64,000 nucleotides of DNA from the human T2T-CHM13v2.0 reference genome, Homo sapiens, in NCBI RefSeq assembly GCF_009914755.1, contig NC_060938.1. One strand, given 5' to 3'. A program made the position numbers and the translations under genes. The notes beneath the pieces were generated by a model. That model had not been told where the DNA came from, searched no databases, and saw only the letters and a list, made by a program, of their open reading frames with translations. Positions 55,945 through 64,000 of this stretch are shown piece by piece (positions within the stretch are counted from its first letter, which is position 1; each line of letters starts with the position of its first letter).

Positions 55945-57211
55945 ATCTACAATGAACTCAAACAAATTTACAAGAAAAAAACAAACAACCCCATCAAAAA
56001 GTGGGTGAAGGATATGAACAGACACTTCTCAAAAGAAGACATTTATGCAGCCAAAAAACACATGAAAAAATGCTCATCATCACTGGCCATCAGAGAAATG
56101 CAAATCAAAACCACAATGAGATACCATCTCACACCAGTTAGAATGGCGATCATTAAAAAGTCAGGAAACAACAGGTGCTGGAGAGGATGTGGAGAAATAG
56201 GAACACTTTTACACTGTTGGTGGGACTGTAAACTAGTTCAACCATTGTGGAAGTTGGTGTGGTGATTCCTCAGGGATCTAGAACTAGAAATACCATTTGA
56301 CCCAGCCATCCCATTACCGGGTATATACCCAAAGGATTATAAATCATGCTGCTATAAAGACACATGCACACGTATGTTTATTGCGGCACTATTCACAATA
56401 GCAAAGACTTGGAACCAACCCAAATGTCCAACAATGATAGACTGGATTCAGAAAATGTGGCACATATACACCATGGAATACTATGCAGCCATAAAAAATG
56501 ATGAGTTCATGTCCTTTGTAGGGACATGGATGAAGCTGGAAACCATCATTCTCAGCAAACTATCACAAGGACAAAAAACCAAACACCGCACGTTCTCACT
56601 CATAGGTGGGAATTGAACAATGAGAACACATGGACACAGGAAGGGGAACATCACACACCGGGGACTGTTGTGGGGTGGGGGGAGGGGGGAGGGATAGCAT
56701 TAGGAGATATACCTAATGCTAAATGACGAGTTAATGGGTGCAGCACACCAACATGGCACAAGTATACATATGTAATAAACCTGCACATTGTGCACATGTA
56801 CCCTAAAACATAAAGTATAATAATAAAATAATAATAATAATTTCTCAACCTGAAAAAAAAGAATATTTATGAGCAATTACATAATTTGTATCTTAAAGAG
56901 TGGTATTATTTTATAATGCTTTTGTCATGGCATAAGTCTAGCATAATATTAATTGACATCAACCCTTATTTATATATAATTTATGTTTGAGGGCTCAAAT
57001 CTAACCAGTGGCAAATCCAAGTTTATGTAAAAATTAAATCTCTTCTAATGAGTGTAATTTCATGTGCATTTTTATAGTTTCTCTTTCGTTAAAAAAAAAA
57101 AAAAACCTTATGTGCCAGAAAAAAAAAAAAAAAAGAAAAGAAATTGTATTTTCAGGCTGCTAACTGTCAATATTTTGGATAAACTTTTCTACTTGAAAAA
57201 AAAAAAAAAAA
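55945..57211 (+). mobile_element. 5'-truncated L1PA3/4-like insertion (55945-56840) with ~370 bp 3'-transduced tail, 18-bp TSD
   Basis: ORF2 C-terminus (..FSLIGGN* at 56616), young L1PA 3' UTR; TSD gaaaacctctggaaagga at 55927-55944 and 57212-57229. Confidence 0.95.
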
Positions 57212-58553
57212 GAAAACCTCTGGAAAGGATTCACCATTCTAGATACCACTAAGAACACTTGTGATTCATGGGAGGACATCCAAATATCAAGAAGAACTGG
57301 AGCTTGGAATAAATTGTTTCTAGCTCTCATGAATGACTTTGAGGGGTTCAAATCTTCAGTGGAGGAAGTAACTGTAGGCATGGTGATAATAGCAAGAGAA
57401 CTAGAATTAGAAGTGGGGCCTGAAGATGTGACTGAACTGTGGCAATCTCATGATGAAACTTGAATGGATGAGGAATTGCTCTTACAGATATGCAAAGAAA
57501 TAAGTTTCTTGAAATGGAATCTACTCCTGGTGAAGATTCTGTGAACACTGTGGTAATAACAACAAAGGATTCAGAATAGTATATCAACTTAGTTGATAAG
57601 ACAGCAGTAGGGTTTGAGAGGATTGATTCCAATTTTGAAAAAGTTCTACTGTGGGTAAAATGCTATGAAACAGCATTGCATGCTACAGAGAAATCTTTTA
57701 TGAAAGGAAGAGTCCATCAATGTGGTACACTTCATTGTTGTCTTATTTTAAGAAATTGCCACAGCCACCCCAAACTTCAGCAACCACCACCCCATCAGTC
57801 AGCAGGTATTAACATCAAAGCAAAACCCTCTACCAGCAAAAAGATATGACTTGCTGAACGCTCAGACGACTGAGCATTTTTTAGCAATAAAGTATTTTTT
57901 AACTAAGGTATGTACTCTTTTCTGGACATAATGTTATTGCATACTTAACAGAATACAGTATAGTGTAAATATAACTTTTATATGTGCTGGGAAACCAAAA
58001 AATTCATGTGACTTGTTTTATTGACATTATTGTATGGTCTGAAACTAAACCTACAATATCTCTGAGGTATGGCTGTATTCAAACTTCTGAAGAAAAAACA
58101 AAAACAACAACACCTTGTCAATCAAGAATTCTATATCCAGTAAAACTATCCTTCAAAAATGAGGAAAAAATAAAAACATTCCCACCTAAGCAAAAAGTGA
58201 GAGAATTCATTGTTAGTAGACCTGCCCAATACAAAATTTTAGGGAAGCCTTCAGATGACAAGCAAATTATATCAGAGGGTCATAGGAATATATAGGAATA
58301 AACTAATAAAAGCACCAGAGATGTAAATATGTGGGTAAATATAAAAGACTGTATAAATATTGTTTTATCTTTTCTTCTTTTAATATCTTTAAAAAATAAC
58401 ATTGTGTAAAGGGAAAATTAATATATTACATTGTTTTTATAACACAAAGAAGACGGGGGAAATGAAGCTATATTGGAGCAAAGTTGCTAGTACTGAAATT
58501 AAGTCAATACTAACTTGAAGTTGACTGTGATAGTTTAAAGATATATATTATAA

Positions 58554-58977
<424 letters not shown>

Positions 58978-60233
58978 TGAAGAATCAAAAAAGACATAAG
59001 ACATACAGAAACAAAGGGCAAAAATAGTAGGTGTAAATCCAATCATATCAATAGTTACATTAAATGTGTATGTATACATTCCATTCAAAAGGCAAAAAGG
59101 TTTATACTAGATTAAAAAACCAAGATCCACCCATATGCTATGTATAAGAGATAGAGACACTTTAATTCAAAGACACAAATAGGTTGAAAATAAAAGGACA
59201 AAAAAATATATTATGTAAACAGTAACCATAAGAGAAGTAGTGTGGCTATATTAATACCTGGTAAGACAGACTTTAAATCAAAGAATATTACTAGAGACAA
59301 GAGGCATCTATCAAAAACCTACAGCTAACATCATACTTAATGGTGAAAGACTGAATGCTTTCTAAGATCAGGAATACAATAAGGATGTCTGCTCTTGCCA
59401 CTTTTATTCAACATTGTACTGGAGATTCTCAACAATGCAATAAGGCAATAAATAGAAATAAAAGGGATCGAGATTGAACAGAAAAAAGTAAAATTGTTTA
59501 TATTCACAGATGACATGATCCTATATGTAAAAATCCTAAGCAATCTATTACAAAATTATAAAAATTAATTCAAGAGATTAGTCAGTTTGCAGGATACAAC
59601 ATCCATATATAAAAATCAAAAGTTTTCAATAACAAAAAATAATTTGAAAATGAAATTAAGAAAGCAATTCACAATCACATGAAGTGAATGAAATACTTAG
59701 GAATGAATTTAACAGAAAATACAAAAGCTGAAAACTACAAAACATTTTTGAGAGAAATCAAAGAAGATCTAAATAAATGGAGAGAGGTTGGATTAGAATA
59801 TTTGCTACTGTGAATCTGGCAATTCTGCCCAAATTGATCTAAAGATTCAGTACCACCTTTATCAAAACGCTGGCAGGCTTTTTTTTTTCTTTTTTGACAG
59901 AAATTGGCAAGCTGATTCTAAATTTTATGGGGGAATGTCAAAGCCTGAAAATAGCCAAAATAATTTTTAAAAAGAACTAAGTTGGAGGACTTATACTACC
60001 TAATTTCAAAACTTACTATAAAGCTACTATATTCAAGACAGTGTGGTATTGGCTTAAAGACAGACATACAGATCAATGAAACAAAATAGAGACTCCAGAA
60101 ACAAACCTTTATGTTTATGTTAAATTATTTTTTTTTACTAACGTGTCAATGCAATCCAACGTGAAAAGAACAGACTTTTCAACAACTAAATGAGAAGACA
60201 ACAATCCAATTGAAAACAGGGCAAAAGTTTTGA

Positions 60234-60605
<372 letters not shown>

Positions 60606-61089
60606 TAGAAAAATGTAAATTAATTAAAATCACAATGGGATACTACTGATACTACTACAAACTTACTAGAATGGCTCTAATTCAAAAAACTGACAATGCC
60701 AAGAGCTAAAGAGAAAAAAAGCTGGAGCTCTCATACATTGCCGGCAGGAACGTAAAATGGTACCATGGGATGGTTTCCTAAAAAGTGAAACACAAACTTA
60801 CCATATGACCCATCAATCCCACTCCTATGAATCTACCCAAGGGAAGTGAAAACACATGTTTACAAAAAGATCAGCCCATGAATGTTCACAGCAGCTTCAT
60901 TCATAATAGTCAAAAAGCAAGAACAATCCAAATGTCCATCAGTTGGTAAATAAATAAACAAAAATGTAGTATATCCATACAATGTAATAATAATGACAGC
61001 TCCACAATAAAAAGGAATGACCTGCTGATACATGCTACGATGGGAGTGAACCTCAACAACAGTATGCCAAGTGAAAGAAGTGAGACACA

Positions 61090-61389
<300 letters not shown>

Positions 61390-61584
61390 AAGTGAGACAC
61401 AATCAACTACGTATTCTATGATTACATTTATGCAAAATTTCTAGAAAAGGCGAATCTATAGACACAGAGCCACAGAGCAAATAAGTGGTTGCCTGGGGCA
61501 GGGGGTGGCAGAAGGAATTGACGAACAGGCACAAGGAACTTTTCAAGCTAAAGGGAATGTTCTGAAACTGAATTGTGAAGATGA

Positions 61585-61912
<328 letters not shown>

Positions 61913-62619
61913 TAAAAACAACCAAATTGTATAATTATTATAGGGTTTTTAAATATGTAAATTATACACAAAGCTGCTTTTAAAAATATAGCAGCTTCCT
62001 CTATGACAATTCCTGGCTATCTCCCCCTCCCCAATTTTCATCTCTATTTTCTCATTCTTTCACCTCTTACATCACTTCTTGATCAATTTTCACTCTGCTC
62101 TCAGCAGTTTCTCTTGTAGCAGGGCCCAGTCCCAGAACAGAGCCCTAGTGAGTCAGTTTCAAGTCATCAGAAGGGCCTGACTGCTCTGGCCCCTTAGACC
62201 TTGCTGGGCAAAAATCCTCTCATTTTCAGCTGCTTATCTCAAATTGGCCAGACAAGCTTCCCAGTAAATAGTTGATGGCTATTTTAGGGTCTCCTGTTCC
62301 CAGACCCATCCGATGCCCTGTTGCACACAAATGCAAATAATATGCCAGCTGTGAAGCTGTTGGTAGTGTGTCCCCATCAGCTGGTATGTTGGGGCTCATG
62401 AGGATACTCTGCCACCTAGTCTAGCTCTAAATGTTGTTCCTGAGCTTTTGGGTCTGCTCTCTAGTCGCTGTGTCTTTTTTTACGTGGATATAGGAGAAGA
62501 CCCAGAACTACGCTGCCACTGGTGCTGCCACCTTCTCAGATTTCTTAGCTGCAAATTCTTGCCTTTCCCTCTATGGGAGCTGGAAACCCTCTACTCTGTA
62601 GGGTTTGATTTATTTATTT

Positions 62620-62865
62620 ATCAAACCCTTATATAGTACTTGCTATGTGTAATGATAATGTGTTCAAAGCACATTAAAATTACTCTCTAAATCAGCCTAA
62701 TAATCCTATGAAGCAGATCCTATTATTATCCCCAGTTACAGATGAAGAAACTGAAACAGAGAGAAAGTGAAGGGACTTGCCAAGGTCACACTGCTGGTCA
62801 ACAGGAGACCAAGCATGTGAACCCAGGAGCAGGATCCAGAGTCAGTGCTGCACAACTCTGCCTCT
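62620..62865 (-). mobile_element. MIR
   Basis: tattattatccccagttacagatgaagaaactgaaacagagagaaagtgaagggacttgccaaggtcacac. Confidence 0.75.
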
Positions 62866-63133
62866 CACGAGCACGTAAAGTGTATCTGGCCTTGTAGATT
62901 CAGCACTCAACCATGACCACCACCCCACCCACTTCTCCCAAGACCCCTGTCAGATGGTATGTTTTATCCCTCCTTCAAAGACCAAGTCCAAATGTTAATT
63001 CTTCTAAGAAACCTAATGAATTCACCCAAGTAGTTAACTACAATACTTCCGCCTTCCTCCTCTCCTTTCTCCTTCTCCCCCAGTACAGACCTTCATTATA
63101 CTGCCTTTCACAGGGTGATATAATTATTTGTTG

Positions 63134-63615
63134 TGTTAAAGAAAAAATTATTCAATGATACTTGTTAAGGCAGAGTAAGGACTTTGTTCAGGTCCGTCAC
63201 GATAGGCAGAGGGACCACTGCAACTGGGTCTTGCAGTGGGAGGGAAGGAGTGGCTAGACTCCAAGTACAGCCTAAACAGGTGAAGCTTTACAGCCAAGAA
63301 GGAGGGTGGGGGTCAGTGGGTGGAAAATCACTAAGAGGAAACATGAGGAGTAGGAAAGATTCTGGCTAAACCGATCTAACAGGATTCTTGCTGAAGACGG
63401 GCCAGGGTGATCAGATAGCAACTGGGGGATGGTAGTGGCTGAGGAACCCAATCAGACACTGAGGATGATCAGGTATTAGAGAATGGGGGATTCTGGCTAA
63501 AATGACTTCACAGATTCTTTTGCTAAAACTGGATTTTACATGGAAGTGTACAGATGGGCCTAGCAGAAGATTTCGAAGTGTGGCTAAAGTTTGGCCAAGC
63601 AAGGAATCTTTGTCC
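63134..63615 (-). mobile_element. Solo ERV LTR (MER31-like)
   Basis: ~480 bp from tgttaaagaaaaaattattc to aggaatctttgtc(c), matching recalled MER31 consensus; 4-bp TSD-like gttg/attg. Confidence 0.7.
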
Positions 63616-64000
63616 ATTGACATCCTTGTCTTTCCCATAGCTCAGAGAATGCTTCTGTTCATCTTATATCCCCAGAGCTTACCCAGCAGGCTCTCAATAA
63701 ACATTCATGGAATTGAGTAGGCAACAGTTTTTTGTTTGTTTTTGTGTGTGTGTATGTGTGTTTAATTTACTAGCTCAAAATGTACTTGAAAGCAGTATAA
63801 TTGCATCTTTTAAAAAGATCTGTAATTCAGGTTTTACTAAGCCTGGCTAATGAGTTTTTCTGGGTATTCTTCAGAAAAAATATAGCTTTAGATTCTTCCT
63901 GGTATTTTAACTGCTTATTTCCAGGATGCAGGGATCACTGCTTCTGTTGCTAATTTGCCAGGGAGATTCAGAGGAGAACCAGCTACCACAACCATCAGTC

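Larger units (their letters stand above)
54330..58075 (+). mobile_element. Tigger1 (TcMar) DNA transposon, left end missing, disrupted transposase; hosts an Alu and an L1PA
   Basis: Pogo/CENP-B-like DDE remnants ([16 protein letters not shown]; [14 protein letters not shown]); right TIR ...caatatctctgaggtatggctg followed by TA. Confidence 0.93.

Noticed and set aside
56005-56616. Protein-coding ORFs of 86 and 80 aa
   Set aside because: C-terminal remnant of L1 ORF2 in a 5'-truncated element with an in-frame stop; no promoter.
56671-56693. G-quadruplex motif as a novel element
   Set aside because: Standard G-rich tract of the L1PA 3' UTR.
54531-57590. Functional or domesticated Tigger transposase gene (ORFs 54891-55073, 55213-55554, 55434-55847)
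   Set aside because: Multiple stops and frameshifts, plus Alu and L1 insertions in the coding region.

Overview
Primate genomic DNA (human or great ape). The whole window lies inside the TTC7B gene on the minus strand. TTC7B is the TPR scaffold of the PI4KA/EFR3/FAM126 plasma-membrane PI4-kinase complex, on human chr14q32. Seven internal coding exons (approximately exons 6-12, numbering from memory; 79, 173, 64, 138, 84, 105 and 118 bp) have canonical AG/GT boundaries and splice in frame to ...NLTRGVGRF...YSLQATD. The rest is intron filled with Alu, L1, MIR, L2, Tigger1, a MER58-like element and LTR relics. No prokaryotic-type system (CRISPR, operon) and no credible novel protein-coding gene is present. 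The most unusual signals are structural. (1) An L1PA insertion inside Tigger1 carries, between perfect 18-bp target-site duplications (TSDs), a chain of non-L1 segments each ending in a poly(A) tract, consistent with serial 3' transduction. (2) Two short insertions (77 bp and 52 bp) are copies of sequence 2-3 kb downstream, alongside other snap-back-like scars. (3) A ~950-bp AT-rich palindromic minisatellite rich in sense AAUAAA hexamers starts ~55 nt after the exon-6 donor. (4) A 67-bp minisatellite arose inside a MIR, and there is a 124-bp tandem duplication. (5) There is a small CpG-retaining ETS/GC-box/GCM-motif patch and several candidate poison exons. Repeat boundaries and subfamily names come from recalled consensus sequences and are approximate.
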